Program-made: the position numbers and the translations under genes
Shown: in pieces, positions 18,161-28,299 of the stretch
Numbering within the stretch: the first letter of the stretch is position 1
Layout: the number at the start of each line of letters is the position of its first letter
Assembly (NCBI GenBank): GCA_003551305.1
Contig: PUMJ01000050.1
Span: 12,073-76,072 of the forward strand
DNA: 64,000 nucleotides
Source of the DNA: Candidatus Brocadiaceae bacterium
GTDB taxonomy: Bacteria; Planctomycetota; Brocadiia; SM23-32
Reading direction: 5' to 3'
Notes under the pieces: model-generated
Seen by the model: the letters and a program-made list of their open reading frames with translations, nothing else
Told to the model about the DNA's origin: nothing
Databases searched by the model: none

Positions 18161-18189
18161 TTGATTCCGAGAAAAGAAACGGATACTAT
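18161..18189 (+). promoter_or_regulatory. Promoter-like element in a long, lower-GC intergenic region
   Basis: TTGATT (18161-18166), 17-bp spacer, TACTAT (18184-18189). Lies about 300 nt upstream of the radical SAM gene. Confidence 0.3.
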
Positions 18190-18489
18190 ACGTCTTGATG
18201 GGGCTGCCGCTGAGGCGTGCGACGCTGGGGGCCGGCATGGCCGGGCTGTCCGGTTTGTCCGCCAGTGTCCGAACCGTCCGACCACTGCGAAACGAATCCA
18301 TTTTGACGGTTAACAGCGATGACCGCAGGGCACGCCGAGCCTGCCGCACCGACGGGCGTGCTTGTCTCTGATATCCGGGTCAAAAAGGATATCCCCGGCG
18401 CCCCAACGAGACGCGGCACCGGCCATTGCGCGCTGAGGGCCTCACAACTACACTGGGGTTCAGAGCCTCCACCGCACGGAACACCGCCC

Positions 18490-19335
18490 ATGGCACAGCG
18501 GCACGACACCAGCGCCCGCCCCGTTGTGCGGGAGGTCGAGTGCAAGACCCTCCTGAACCGCGGGAAGCTCGGCTACTCGATAAACTGCTACACCGGCTGC
18601 GAGCACGCCTGCGTCTACTGCTACGCCCGCTTCATGCAGCGCTTCCACCCGCACCCGGAGCCGTGGGGCGAGTTCGTGGACGTGAAGGTCAACGCCGCCG
18701 GGGCCCTGGCGAAGCAACTGAAGCGCGCCGAGCCGGGCGGAGTCTTCGTCAGCAGCGCCTGCGACGCCTGGCAGCCCCTGGAGCGGGAGCGGCGGCTGAC
18801 GCGCGCCTGCTGCCGGCTGCTCATCGAACACGGCTTCAAAGTCAACGCCCTCACGAAGAGCCCCCTGGTGCTGCGGGACCTGGACGTCTTCCGGCCCGGC
18901 CTCACCCGCGTGGGCGCCACCATCACCACGCTCGACGCCGGCCTGCGCCGGCTGTGGGAGCCCTGCGCCTCCGGCGTCGAGGAACGCTGGGGCATACTGG
19001 AGTCGGCGAAGGAGGCCGGGCTGGAGACCGCCGTCATGTTCGGGCCGCTGCTTCCGGAACTCTCCGACGGAGGGGAGTCGCTGGAGGCGCTGTTCGGACG
19101 GGCGGCGGAACTCGGGGTGGACGTCGTCTGGGTGGATGCGATGAACCCGCGCCCGCGCGTCTGGCCGGCTGTCGGGCGGCTGGTGCGGCAGCAGTGGCCC
19201 GCGCTGCACGACCGTTACGCGCGCATCTTCCACCACGAGCCGACGCGGGAGAAATACCTGGCCGCCCTGCGCGCGCGGGTGGAAAAGGCCGCCCGGGCCG
19301 CCGGCATCGAGGACCGCCTGGCGGGCTGCCCCTGA
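18490..19335 (+). CDS. Radical SAM protein, SPL / DNA-photolyase-like family (COG1533-like)
   Basis: CYTGCEHACVYC cluster about 30 aa from the chosen start MAQRHD. A start at 18319 is also possible. Confidence 0.7.
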   Translation: MAQRHDTSARPVVREVECKTLLNRGKLGYSINCYTGCEHACVYCYARFMQRFHPHPEPWGEFVDVKVNAAGALAKQLKRAEPGGVFVSSACDAWQPLERERRLTRACCRLLIEHGFKVNALTKSPLVLRDLDVFRPGLTRVGATITTLDAGLRRLWEPCASGVEERWGILESAKEAGLETAVMFGPLLPELSDGGESLEALFGRAAELGVDVVWVDAMNPRPRVWPAVGRLVRQQWPALHDRYARIFHHEPTREKYLAALRARVEKAARAAGIEDRLAGCP

Positions 19336-19385
19336 GGCGTGACTCCGGACACCTGCTCCACATGGTTGCGCCAGCGGGGCCGGGC

Positions 19386-21241
19386 CTATTCGAGGATGTC
19401 GTAGAGGACGGCCCCGTCGGCATTGCGGGGAACGGGCAGGCCGGCGGCCGTCGCCAGGGTCGGCGCCACGCTGGTTATCAGCGTCGGCCGCTGTCGCCGG
19501 TAGCCGCTGCGGACGCCCGGGCCGGCCACGATGAAGTAGGAGTCGTCCCGGTGCGAGCCGGCGTTCAGCAGGGGCCAGTCCCACGTGCCGGTCTCCTGGC
19601 GGGTGTGTTTGCGCCAGAACTCCTGGCGGGACATGATGTCCTCGGGGTTGCGCGCGGTGGGCCAGAGGAAGATGTCGCCGACGCGGTCGCCGCCCACGCC
19701 GAGCCGGCGGGCCTTCTCCCGCGGCAGCACGGCCCAGTACGAGGGTTGCCCCAGCCGGTTGGTCACCTGCGAGAGGGCGGAGATCATCTCTCGGCGCAGG
19801 GACTCATACTCGGCGCCCGGCTTGACGATGCCGTCCGGGTCGCGGCCCTTCACGTTCAGGAGGACGTAGTGCTTACGGCCGTAGGCGATCGACCGGCTCC
19901 ATTCTATGGCGCCGTCGGGGCCGTCCACGAGCCACCCGTACCCGCGCAGCACGTCGTTGATCTTCGGGTGGGGATGACGCACGGGCAGTTGCGTGTCGCC
20001 GCCGTGGTCGCTGACCAGCGCGACCAGCGCTTCCGGCCCGGCGGCCTCCATCACGCGCCCGACAATCTGGTCCCCCCAGCCCATGATGTCGTCCCACAGC
20101 GCCCAGCCCTCCCCGGCGCGCTCGGGCTCGTACATGGGGTGGCGGGGGTCAATCATGTACATGGTCAGGTGGTTGGTCCAGTCCGGCCCGTGCCATTTGA
20201 GCATGAACAGGTCCCACTCGTGGCTGGTGAGGACGTGGCCGGCGGCCTGGCGCCACCAGCGGGCCAGGTGCTTCTGCTCCTCGAAGTAGGTGGCGATGTC
20301 GCAGGCGCCGGCCTGCACCACCTGCTGGCGGGAGCACTGGATGATGAACGGGCCGCACGCTTCCAGCAGTTCGTCGGTCAGCCCCCGCGGGTGCACGAAC
20401 TCCTCCAGCGGGTATATCTCGCTCAGGTAGAGGTGCACGCGGGAGGCGTCGGGCTCCAGGATGAGCAGCTTGCCGCGCAGGCCGGCGCGCACGTCCCCGC
20501 GGTCGGTGCTGAAGGTGTGGTGGACCCATTCGCTCATCCGGTCGAGTTCGAAGACCAGGAGGGGCTGGTCCCCGCCGCGTCGGGCGTACAGTTCGACGCG
20601 CTCGTAGCCCCCGGCCCCCTCGAGGATGAGGGCGTGGAGCGGCTTGACGCTCTCGTAACGGCTGGCGCGTCCCGGCCGTATGCTGACCTTGAAATAGAGC
20701 GCGCCTTCCGGGGCGCCGGGCCAGTCTTCGGCGGGCTGCGGTGTGACGGGGGTCACGTGGCACTGCACCCGGTAGTCGTCCAGCGAGCGGGGGTGCGTGG
20801 TGTAGGCGCGGGCCTCCTGCAGGGCGCGAATGGCGTTGTCGGGGCGGCCGTCCTCACCCACGTGAACCAGCCCGTCCTCGACGGTGAGGGGCCAGGAATG
20901 GGCCCAGTCGAAGACGACGGACCGGCCCCCCTCGCGGCGGACCGCCTCCCAGAGATGCTCCGCCTTGCAGACGGAGGAAGGGAAGCCCCTCACCCACTCG
21001 TCCAGCGGCCGGCCGGGGAAGTGGGTGCTCATGTTGCAGCCGCTCACCCAGGGGCTGGCGCCGGTGGAGAGGCAGGCCCAGTTCGTGCCTGTCTCGAAAG
21101 GAAAGCACGGCCACGTCTGCGTGGTGCTGCCGCGCTCGATGAGGCGCTTCACGTTCGGCATGACCCCGCGCTCGACGAACTCGAGCAGCGTGGGCAGCGA
21201 GATGGAATCGAACCCGACAACGGCCACTTTTCGGCTCTTCA
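19386..21241 (-). CDS. Alkaline phosphatase superfamily protein (type I phosphodiesterase / nucleotide pyrophosphatase-like)
   Basis: N-terminal metal-site region VAVVGFDS and the LVSDHGG motif. Start taken at MKSRKV (21241). Confidence 0.7.
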
Positions 21242-21535
21242 TTGCTATCGTCTCCCGGGGTGATTGCCTTTCGGCGCGTATCAACAGGGTCTCGGCGGGG
21301 TTGAGTCGACGTGCGGCGGATTGCCGAGTGCGTCGCCGTGCACGCCGAACAGAGCATTGCGGTCTCCCGTTCCGGAACCGGTTGCCTTCCGCTATGTCAT
21401 TCCTGAGCCACGCATTGGCGGCAAGAAGGGTCTGCGACCCGGAACCGCCGCGGTGCACGGTCCGCCTGCCAGGGGCGTCAAACCTCCAGAACCCCACGCG
21501 AGGAGACCATGGCACGGGCGCCCGGGGCCTGCGCC

Positions 21536-23017
21536 TCAGTGCCGCCCACGGTTGTTCCAACCCGTGCGGGCGCGCGCCTGCTCCAGGTCCACCTCCCGCA
21601 GGTTGGGGCGCAACCGGCCGTCCCGGGCGTGCTCGTCTCCCTGGCGTTCAAAATAGCTGATCAGCCTCTCCCGCCACATCTCCAGCGTGTCTCTGCAGTC
21701 CGGGTCATCGGCCAGATCATGGCAATCGTTCGGGTCGTTCTCCTGGTCAAACAGAAACTCGTAGTCGTCCTGAGCGAACCACATGTACTTCGTGCGGCCG
21801 TCGCTCATGCCGAACACTTCGGCGCACCGGCCGAACGTATAGCTGCGGAACGGCGCCCCGTCGTCCAGAAGCTGCGGCACGAGGCTGCGGCCCTCGACCG
21901 AGTCCGGCACATCGAGGCCGCAGACCTCCAGGATGGTCGGCATGATGTCCATCAGGTCCACCGGCGCGGTGTCGTTGGCCCGACCGGGGCGGAAACCGCG
22001 CTCGGCCGCCCATGGGCGCGGCGGGCGCACGATGAACGGCACGTTCGTGGAGCCGCGGAAGAAGTCGCCCTTCGCCAGGTTGCCGTGGTCGAAAAGCTGG
22101 TCCCCGTGGTCGCTGGTGAAGATGATGAGCGTGTTCCCCAGCAGGCCGTGCTCCCGCAGGTGGCCCAGCAGGACGCCGACGGTGCTGTCTATGTGGGTGA
22201 CCAGCGCCGCGTAACCGCGCAGGCTCTGTTGGATCATCAGCGGGTGGTCGGCATAGTCGTCGTAGTTGTTGCGCAGTTGCAGCGCCCGCACGCGTCCCGG
22301 CAGCTTTCGGTCCACCCAGTCCCCGCGCGCCGGCTCGGGCATCGACGCGTCGCGGTAGAGTTCATAGTAGTCGCGCGGCGGGGTGAGGGGCGGGTGCGGC
22401 TTGTCGAAGGAGACGTGCAGGAAGAAGGGGCGCGTGGGGTCGCGGCGGTCTATGAACTCCATGGCGCGCTGGCCGGTCCAGTGCGTGGTGGTGAACTTCT
22501 CCGGCAGCGGGCTCATCCGAACGCCGTACTCGTTGTTGCCCAGCCCGTGGGTGTAGGCCAGGTGCCCGTAGCCGTTCTCGTCCAGGAACGCCTCGTAGTC
22601 GTCCTTCAGCATGCCTGCGTGGCGGCGGCCTTCCTCGTTGAGCTGGACGTCCTCGAAGCCGATGCGGTTGCGCTGCGGGTGGGTGTGCAGCTTGCCGGAC
22701 GCGAATGTCTGGTAGCCGGCGCGGGTCATCACTTCGGCCAGCTTCGGGCCCTCGGGGAAGGGCTGCTCACTGTTGCGGTCCATGTGGATCGAGTAGGTGC
22801 CCAGGCCGGTCATCATGATGCGGCGGGCGGGCACGCAGACCGGGCACTGGCTGAAGGCGCGCCGGAAGTTGACACCTTCATAGGCTAACTGGTCAATCTG
22901 CGGGGTCATCATCGTAGGATGCCCCCCGACCCCCAGCCAGTCGGCGCGCAGGTGATCGCAGCATATCAGCAGAACGTTCGGTCTCGCGGGGTCCCGCGCC
23001 GGGTCCGGCATGTTCAC
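21536..23017 (-). CDS. Sulfatase (formylglycine-dependent; C-x-P-x-R = CVPAR)
   Basis: LLICCDHLRAD...CPVCVPARRIMMTGL, the classic sulfatase N-terminus. Confidence 0.9.
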   Translation of the reverse strand: MNMPDPARDPARPNVLLICCDHLRADWLGVGGHPTMMTPQIDQLAYEGVNFRRAFSQCPVCVPARRIMMTGLGTYSIHMDRNSEQPFPEGPKLAEVMTRAGYQTFASGKLHTHPQRNRIGFEDVQLNEEGRRHAGMLKDDYEAFLDENGYGHLAYTHGLGNNEYGVRMSPLPEKFTTTHWTGQRAMEFIDRRDPTRPFFLHVSFDKPHPPLTPPRDYYELYRDASMPEPARGDWVDRKLPGRVRALQLRNNYDDYADHPLMIQQSLRGYAALVTHIDSTVGVLLGHLREHGLLGNTLIIFTSDHGDQLFDHGNLAKGDFFRGSTNVPFIVRPPRPWAAERGFRPGRANDTAPVDLMDIMPTILEVCGLDVPDSVEGRSLVPQLLDDGAPFRSYTFGRCAEVFGMSDGRTKYMWFAQDDYEFLFDQENDPNDCHDLADDPDCRDTLEMWRERLISYFERQGDEHARDGRLRPNLREVDLEQARARTGWNNRGRH

Positions 23018-23065
23018 GCTCCCAGGTAAATGGCCGCTCCATGATACGCCTCTTCGCCTGGCGTG

Positions 23066-23509
23066 TCACGTCCGGCGGCTACAGGCTACGGAGACGACGA
23101 TAATGCGCATGTCCTCGTCCGAGGTGTTCGCCAGCCCGTGTTCCCCACCCGGGAAGACGGCCCCGATGTCGCCGGGGCCCACCTCGTGCCGCTCGCCGTC
23201 CAGAGTCATCACGCCCCGGCCGGAGATGATGAAGTAATACTCCTCGTCGCCCTCGTGGCGGTGTACGCCGATGGAGGCGCCGGGCGGGATGACGTCGTCG
23301 TGGAAGAACCGCAGGTGGCGTCCCTCCAGGTCCCCGTGGTCCAGCACCCGCACCCAGTCCAGCTCTCCCTCTCCGCCGTGGCATTCCGGCAGGGGCGCGC
23401 GGGGCATCTCCTTGCGCGTTCTCAGCAGGCTTGTGCACTGCATGGCACTCTGCTCCTCATGTCTCGCGGCAATGGCGCGTGCAGGGCCCGGGCTGGGTGC
23501 CTCCGGCAC
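23066..23509 (-). CDS. Cupin domain protein
   Basis: Cupin motifs G(X)5HXH... and P-G-X5-H. True start may be the internal MQCTSL (~23443). Confidence 0.7.
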   Translation of the reverse strand: MPEAPSPGPARAIAARHEEQSAMQCTSLLRTRKEMPRAPLPECHGGEGELDWVRVLDHGDLEGRHLRFFHDDVIPPGASIGVHRHEGDEEYYFIISGRGVMTLDGERHEVGPGDIGAVFPGGEHGLANTSDEDMRIIVVSVACSRRT

Positions 23510-23527
23510 CGAGGCCCCCGGGCCATT

Positions 23528-24889
23528 TTAGCTGTGGTGGGGCTTGTCGTCACCGGCCGGCCGTTTCATCCTGAAGGCGCTGACGAGGTAGAGCAGACCG
23601 CCGGCCGCGACGACTGAGAACAGGGCCGTCATCCCCACCGACTCGGCCAGCCAGGCGCCGGCCAGGGGCAGCAGAGTCAGCGGGCTGGTCAGGGTGTTGA
23701 GGAAAGCGATGTAGGAGGGGCGGCGCTCGGCCGGGGCGCTGGTTATCAGGAAGCGGTATCCTCCCAGGCCGTTCGCCTGTAAGCCGATACCGATGCACGC
23801 CAGCCCCACCAGGTAAACGACGAACGGCAGGTCGAGGCCGTAGGTGACACCAGGCACAGGAATCTCAAACAGGGGGGGAAGAAGCGGGGCCAGCAGGGCG
23901 AGCGCGGGCGCGCTGAACATGAACGCACCCGCTCCAATCAGGGCGGCACGGGACCCCCACACGTCCGCCACCTTACCCCAGACGCCACCGGAGACGACCC
24001 GGCTCAACTTGACCGTCGCCACCATGATGCCGCCCAGCACGGCAACCTCGGCCCCCTGCTGGAGGCGTTGTGTTCCATAGGGGATGAAGAAGGCCATCAT
24101 GAGGTAGTTGATCCGAAAGGCCACGCGCATCCACATGTAGCAGCGGTAGTTGTGTCGGTCCTTCAGCCACTCGAATCCCCGCCGGAGCGCCTCACGAAGG
24201 TTCGTTCTGTTCTCGGCGCTGGGGCCGGGTTCTTCCCGGCACAAAGACCAAGTACTCATGTCGATGGCGACCAGAACGGTGCCGATGGCCGCCAACAGGA
24301 CGTAGTTGGGTGGGAGCGGGAGATTGCTCAGAATGGGCTGGATGACCAGCAGGCCGACGACGATGGAGGCCGTCCCACCCAGGAGCTTCCGCATGCCCAG
24401 AAAGGAGCCGACCCGCCCGGGTGGGATCAACCGCCCCACCATGTCCATGAAGATGACATGGGCCACGCCGCCGGCCACGTAGGCCACCAGATACGTGCCG
24501 TAGAAAAGGGTCAGCGACAGGGCATCCGGATTCTGGCTGACCAGCCACATGGCGCCCACAAACGCGGTGAACGCCACAGAGCGCACGACGGTCATCGCGA
24601 TGAAGTAGGGGCGCCGCCGGGGCAGGTGTTCCAGGAAGCCGCTGGCGATCAACTGGGGGGCCAGAACGCCCGCTTTGCTGATGATGGGGATGATGGCCAC
24701 CAGGAGGGTGCTGCCGGTCACCGCGTAGATGAAACCGGCCAGCACGAGAGTGGGATCGCGGAAGTTCAGCGCCATGTCCGCAAAGACGCCCGCCACCACG
24801 CCGAGCACGTGGTTGCGGCGCGTGTGGGAGGCGTTGGCGCCCAGTTCGTGGGCCTGTGATTCGTCGAGTGTCGCCGTCGCTTCACCCAT
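23528..24889 (-). CDS. MFS transporter
   Basis: Twelve or more TM helices and MFS-like topology. Confidence 0.7.
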   Translation of the reverse strand: MGEATATLDESQAHELGANASHTRRNHVLGVVAGVFADMALNFRDPTLVLAGFIYAVTGSTLLVAIIPIISKAGVLAPQLIASGFLEHLPRRRPYFIAMTVVRSVAFTAFVGAMWLVSQNPDALSLTLFYGTYLVAYVAGGVAHVIFMDMVGRLIPPGRVGSFLGMRKLLGGTASIVVGLLVIQPILSNLPLPPNYVLLAAIGTVLVAIDMSTWSLCREEPGPSAENRTNLREALRRGFEWLKDRHNYRCYMWMRVAFRINYLMMAFFIPYGTQRLQQGAEVAVLGGIMVATVKLSRVVSGGVWGKVADVWGSRAALIGAGAFMFSAPALALLAPLLPPLFEIPVPGVTYGLDLPFVVYLVGLACIGIGLQANGLGGYRFLITSAPAERRPSYIAFLNTLTSPLTLLPLAGAWLAESVGMTALFSVVAAGGLLYLVSAFRMKRPAGDDKPHHS

Positions 24890-24954
24890 GGTGAGCGGGC
24901 CACCCCTTCGGTTTTGCTCTGCTCGCGGGAGTGGTTCGGCCCGAGGGCCGGCGA

Positions 24955-25755
24955 TCAGCCGGTGAGTATATCCTCGAGGAGGGCTTTCAGGCGGGCAATA
25001 CTGACCTTGACGTCGAGTTCGCCCCCGGCCAGGTATTCGATCGAGTAGCGGCCTTCGTAGCCTCGCTCAGCGAAGGCGTCCAGCACCCACTCGAAGTCCA
25101 CCTTGCCCTCGCCCGTGGGGGCCTGCATGGCGTCGGCGTCGGCGTCGCGCAGGTGCACGTGCACCGCCCTGTCCAACAGCGGCTCCGTCTGGCGCACGTC
25201 CATGCCCTGCATCACGAAGTGGCTGGGGTCGTAGCCGATGCGCATCTGCGGCGCGGCCTCGAACAGACGCTCGCACTGCTCTATCGTCTCGAACGGGGTG
25301 TTGTAGTGAAGCTCGACGGCAAATGTAACCCCGGCCTCCGCGGCCACCTCCATCATCTCGCGCCAGGTGGCGGCCGTGTCGGCCAGCAGGTCCTCCCAGG
25401 GCCGATCCTCGACCTTGACGCCGGGGTAGAAAGTCGCGACCTCCACGTCCAGCTCGTTCATCAGGCCGGCGACGGCACGCGCCTGGCGCAGCCGCTCGGC
25501 GTTTGTCTGCTCGTCGCGCTGGTGCAGGTGCGGCAGGGCGACGTTCATGGCCACGGGAGTGAGTTCGTACTGCGCCAGCAGCTCCTTGACGCGCCCGGCG
25601 ACGGCATCCGGCTCCTCGGCCAGTTCGCCCGGCACGATGTGGTTCCAGGATTCGATGGTGATCAGGTCAACCAGCTCGAAACCGAGGCGACTGACCTCGG
25701 CCAGGGCCGTTTGCAGCGACCCTCTGAAGGCACTTGTGGAACAGGCTATGGCCAT
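24955..25755 (-). CDS. Sugar phosphate isomerase/epimerase (xylose-isomerase-like TIM barrel)
   Basis: AP-endonuclease 2 / xylose isomerase-like TIM family, with conserved E/H/D metal ligands. Confidence 0.75.
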   Translation of the reverse strand: MAIACSTSAFRGSLQTALAEVSRLGFELVDLITIESWNHIVPGELAEEPDAVAGRVKELLAQYELTPVAMNVALPHLHQRDEQTNAERLRQARAVAGLMNELDVEVATFYPGVKVEDRPWEDLLADTAATWREMMEVAAEAGVTFAVELHYNTPFETIEQCERLFEAAPQMRIGYDPSHFVMQGMDVRQTEPLLDRAVHVHLRDADADAMQAPTGEGKVDFEWVLDAFAERGYEGRYSIEYLAGGELDVKVSIARLKALLEDILTG

Positions 25756-25925
25756 GGCGCTCTCTCCTTACTGCCCCCTGTGGACGTGCTTCCTATTGAG
25801 GATAGGCAACAATAACCCGCCCTTCAAGGCGCCGCGCGCTTTTGCGCAGGTTCTGGCGGAAGGCGTGTTGCGTTTCGTCGCCGGGGGCTTAGAATGGCGC
25901 CCTGCCGGCATTCAACCCACCCGAG

Positions 25926-27056
25926 GTGCCCATGAACGCCCGTGAACGCTTCATCGAGACGCTGACGTTCGGAACCCCCGACAAGGTCCCCTTCTCCCCG
26001 GGCTGGCCGCGGGAATCAACCCGTGCCAACTGGCGCACACAGGGCCTGCCCGAGGGCCGCAACTGGTTCGAAGTCCTCTGTGAAGAGATAGGCGTCGAGC
26101 GCGAGCCCACGAAGGACCGGGTCAGCCACGGCGTGGACTTCCGGATGATACCGCAGTTCGAGGAGAAGACCCTCGAACACCGCGACGGCCATTACGTGGT
26201 GCAGGACTGGAAGGGCAACATCTGTGAGATATCGGACCAGTTCGACCCGCGCTACCTGCGCCAGGCCATAGATTTCGTGACGCGCAAGTGGATCAAGCTG
26301 CCGGTCGAGAACCGCGACGACTGGGAGGATATGAAGCGCCGCTACGACCCTGAGGCGCCGGGCCGGTTCCCCGAGGACTTCGAGGAGCGCTGCCGGCGGC
26401 TGCGCGAGCGGGATTACCCCTGCACGGTACACTTCTCCGGCCCGTTCTGGCAGATACGCGAGTGGGTCGGCTTCGAGCGGCTGTGCATGATGTTCATCGA
26501 GGAGCCCGACTTCCTGGCCGAGATGGTCGAGTTCTGGACGGAGTTCGTCTCGCGCACCCTGGCCCCCATCCTCGAGGCCGGCGTGGCCGACAGCGTTTAC
26601 ATCAGCGAGGACATGGCCTTCAAGGAACGCCCGATGGTCAGTCCGGTGATGGCGCGGGAGTTCCTCAAGCCGGCCTACGACCGCTGGGGCGGCCAGGTCC
26701 GCCAGGCCGGCGTGCCCGTCTATGACATGGACTCCGACGGCAAGATCGAGGAGCTGATCCCCGTCTGGATGGAGGCCGGCATCAACGTCTGCGACCCCGT
26801 CGAGGTGGCGGCCGGCAACGACATCGTCCGCTACCGGCAGGAGTTCGGACGCCAGATGGCCTACCGCGGCGGCGTGGACAAGCGCGCCATGGCGAAAGGC
26901 GGGGAGGTCATCGAGGCGGAGCTGGAGCGCGTCGCCCCCGTGGTGCAGGACGGCGGCTACATCCCGAGCTGCGACCACGGCGTGCCGGCGAACGTCTCCT
27001 GGCCGGACTTCGTCCACTACTCCCGCCTGCTGGCGGGGTTGACCGGCTGGCTGTGA
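25926..27056 (+). CDS. Uroporphyrinogen decarboxylase (URO-D) family protein
   Basis: URO-D/MtaA-like fold throughout. Confidence 0.7.
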   Translation: MPMNARERFIETLTFGTPDKVPFSPGWPRESTRANWRTQGLPEGRNWFEVLCEEIGVEREPTKDRVSHGVDFRMIPQFEEKTLEHRDGHYVVQDWKGNICEISDQFDPRYLRQAIDFVTRKWIKLPVENRDDWEDMKRRYDPEAPGRFPEDFEERCRRLRERDYPCTVHFSGPFWQIREWVGFERLCMMFIEEPDFLAEMVEFWTEFVSRTLAPILEAGVADSVYISEDMAFKERPMVSPVMAREFLKPAYDRWGGQVRQAGVPVYDMDSDGKIEELIPVWMEAGINVCDPVEVAAGNDIVRYRQEFGRQMAYRGGVDKRAMAKGGEVIEAELERVAPVVQDGGYIPSCDHGVPANVSWPDFVHYSRLLAGLTGWL

Positions 27057-27099
27057 GTGAACCCTGAACTGCCCCGAGCTCCCTCTGGGCACTGCCGCC

Positions 27100-28215
27100 T
27101 CATAGGCGTTTGAACTCGGCGGCGACGGCGCGGGCTTTCTCGAAGGAGACCGGCGGAGGCAGCACGCCCGCTGAGGTGAGGAATATCCCGCGCCTGTCCG
27201 GGCACCGCTCCAGGTCGGCTGACACCTCGGCCACTATCTGCTCGACCGGCGCCAGCCAAAGCGCGGCGTTGGTGCCGCCGATGAGGGCCTTTGACGGCAT
27301 GCGCGCCCGCCCCTCGGCCAGGGTCGTGTCGCCGACCGGGGGCGTCGTGTACGCCTCGTTGGCCTGGGCGGGCAGCTCGTCTATCATCTCCAGCAGGGCG
27401 TTGAGCGTACCGCACATGTGGTGGACGGCGATCTTGCCGTGTTCGATGATGATATCCCCGTATTCGCGAAGCTGCGGCATGCAGAACTCGCGGAACATGG
27501 CCGGGCTGATCAGCGTGGTGCTCGTGTTCTCCGAGAGCCAGAAGCTATCGGCCGCCACCCGGGGCAGCAGGGCCTCGAGCTCGCGCACGCGGTCGCGGTG
27601 CATCAGCTCCACCACCTCGCGGAAAAGCTCCGGTTCGTCGTGCAGAAGGTAGGTGGTGTTCTGCGGCCCGCACTGGTGCTCGACCAGGTCCATCAGGGGG
27701 GAGGGGCCGATGCCCGTCATGGTGAAGGCGTCCCGCGCCTCGAGATCTTTCCGGCGAGCGGCCCACTCCTCGGCCTTCTCGGTCGGCACCGCGAAGGTCG
27801 TATCTTTGAACAGCCAGCGCAGGCGCCGGAGGTTCTCGGCGCTGTCGGCGGGGAACTTCGTCGGGTGCCAGCTCTCCGTATAGGGGTCGTAGGTCTGCTC
27901 AGCCACCAGGGGGCCGTCGGGCGTCTCCATGGTCTTGCGGCGCACGCCGTCTTTCTCGGAGGTCGTTATCTCGACGTGCGGCGTCTGTTTGCGCGCCCCT
28001 CCCCAGCAGCCCAGCATCAGGTCACAACCGGCCGCCCGGAGCAGTTCCTCGGCGCCCATGTCGCAGTAGGGCCCGGGCTGGGAGGATTGCCAGGTGCGGT
28101 TGGTCATCTTCAGCCAGACGGGGAAGCGGTCCACCTCCTCGCCCCGGATGGTGGCGAAGATGCGCTCCCGGTTGGTCATCGTCTCGGTGCTGCTACCTGC
28201 CTCTGCGGCCGCCAT
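27100..28215 (-). CDS. Uroporphyrinogen decarboxylase (URO-D) family protein (paralog)
   Basis: URO-D-like. Convergent with the previous gene. Confidence 0.7.
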   Translation of the reverse strand: MAAAEAGSSTETMTNRERIFATIRGEEVDRFPVWLKMTNRTWQSSQPGPYCDMGAEELLRAAGCDLMLGCWGGARKQTPHVEITTSEKDGVRRKTMETPDGPLVAEQTYDPYTESWHPTKFPADSAENLRRLRWLFKDTTFAVPTEKAEEWAARRKDLEARDAFTMTGIGPSPLMDLVEHQCGPQNTTYLLHDEPELFREVVELMHRDRVRELEALLPRVAADSFWLSENTSTTLISPAMFREFCMPQLREYGDIIIEHGKIAVHHMCGTLNALLEMIDELPAQANEAYTTPPVGDTTLAEGRARMPSKALIGGTNAALWLAPVEQIVAEVSADLERCPDRRGIFLTSAGVLPPPVSFEKARAVAAEFKRL

Positions 28216-28299
28216 GGGCCCGCGCTCCTTCCCGAATCCGGTCCACCGTCAGGCGGAGTTTAGCCCATTCGGGGTCTTTCGCCAACTGCCGGTCACCGG

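Noticed and set aside
18440-18475. tRNA T-arm-like string GGTTCAGAGCC.
   Set aside because: The flanking bases cannot form the 5-bp T-stem, and there is no acceptor or anticodon arm. Not a tRNA.
18426-21263. 945-aa plus-strand ORF; also 9902-12046 (+), 16361-17506 (+) and 24068-24859 (+).
   Set aside because: They overlap the opposite strand of recognisable genes (radical SAM, AlkP family, dprA, hflX, MFS). They are low-complexity artefacts.
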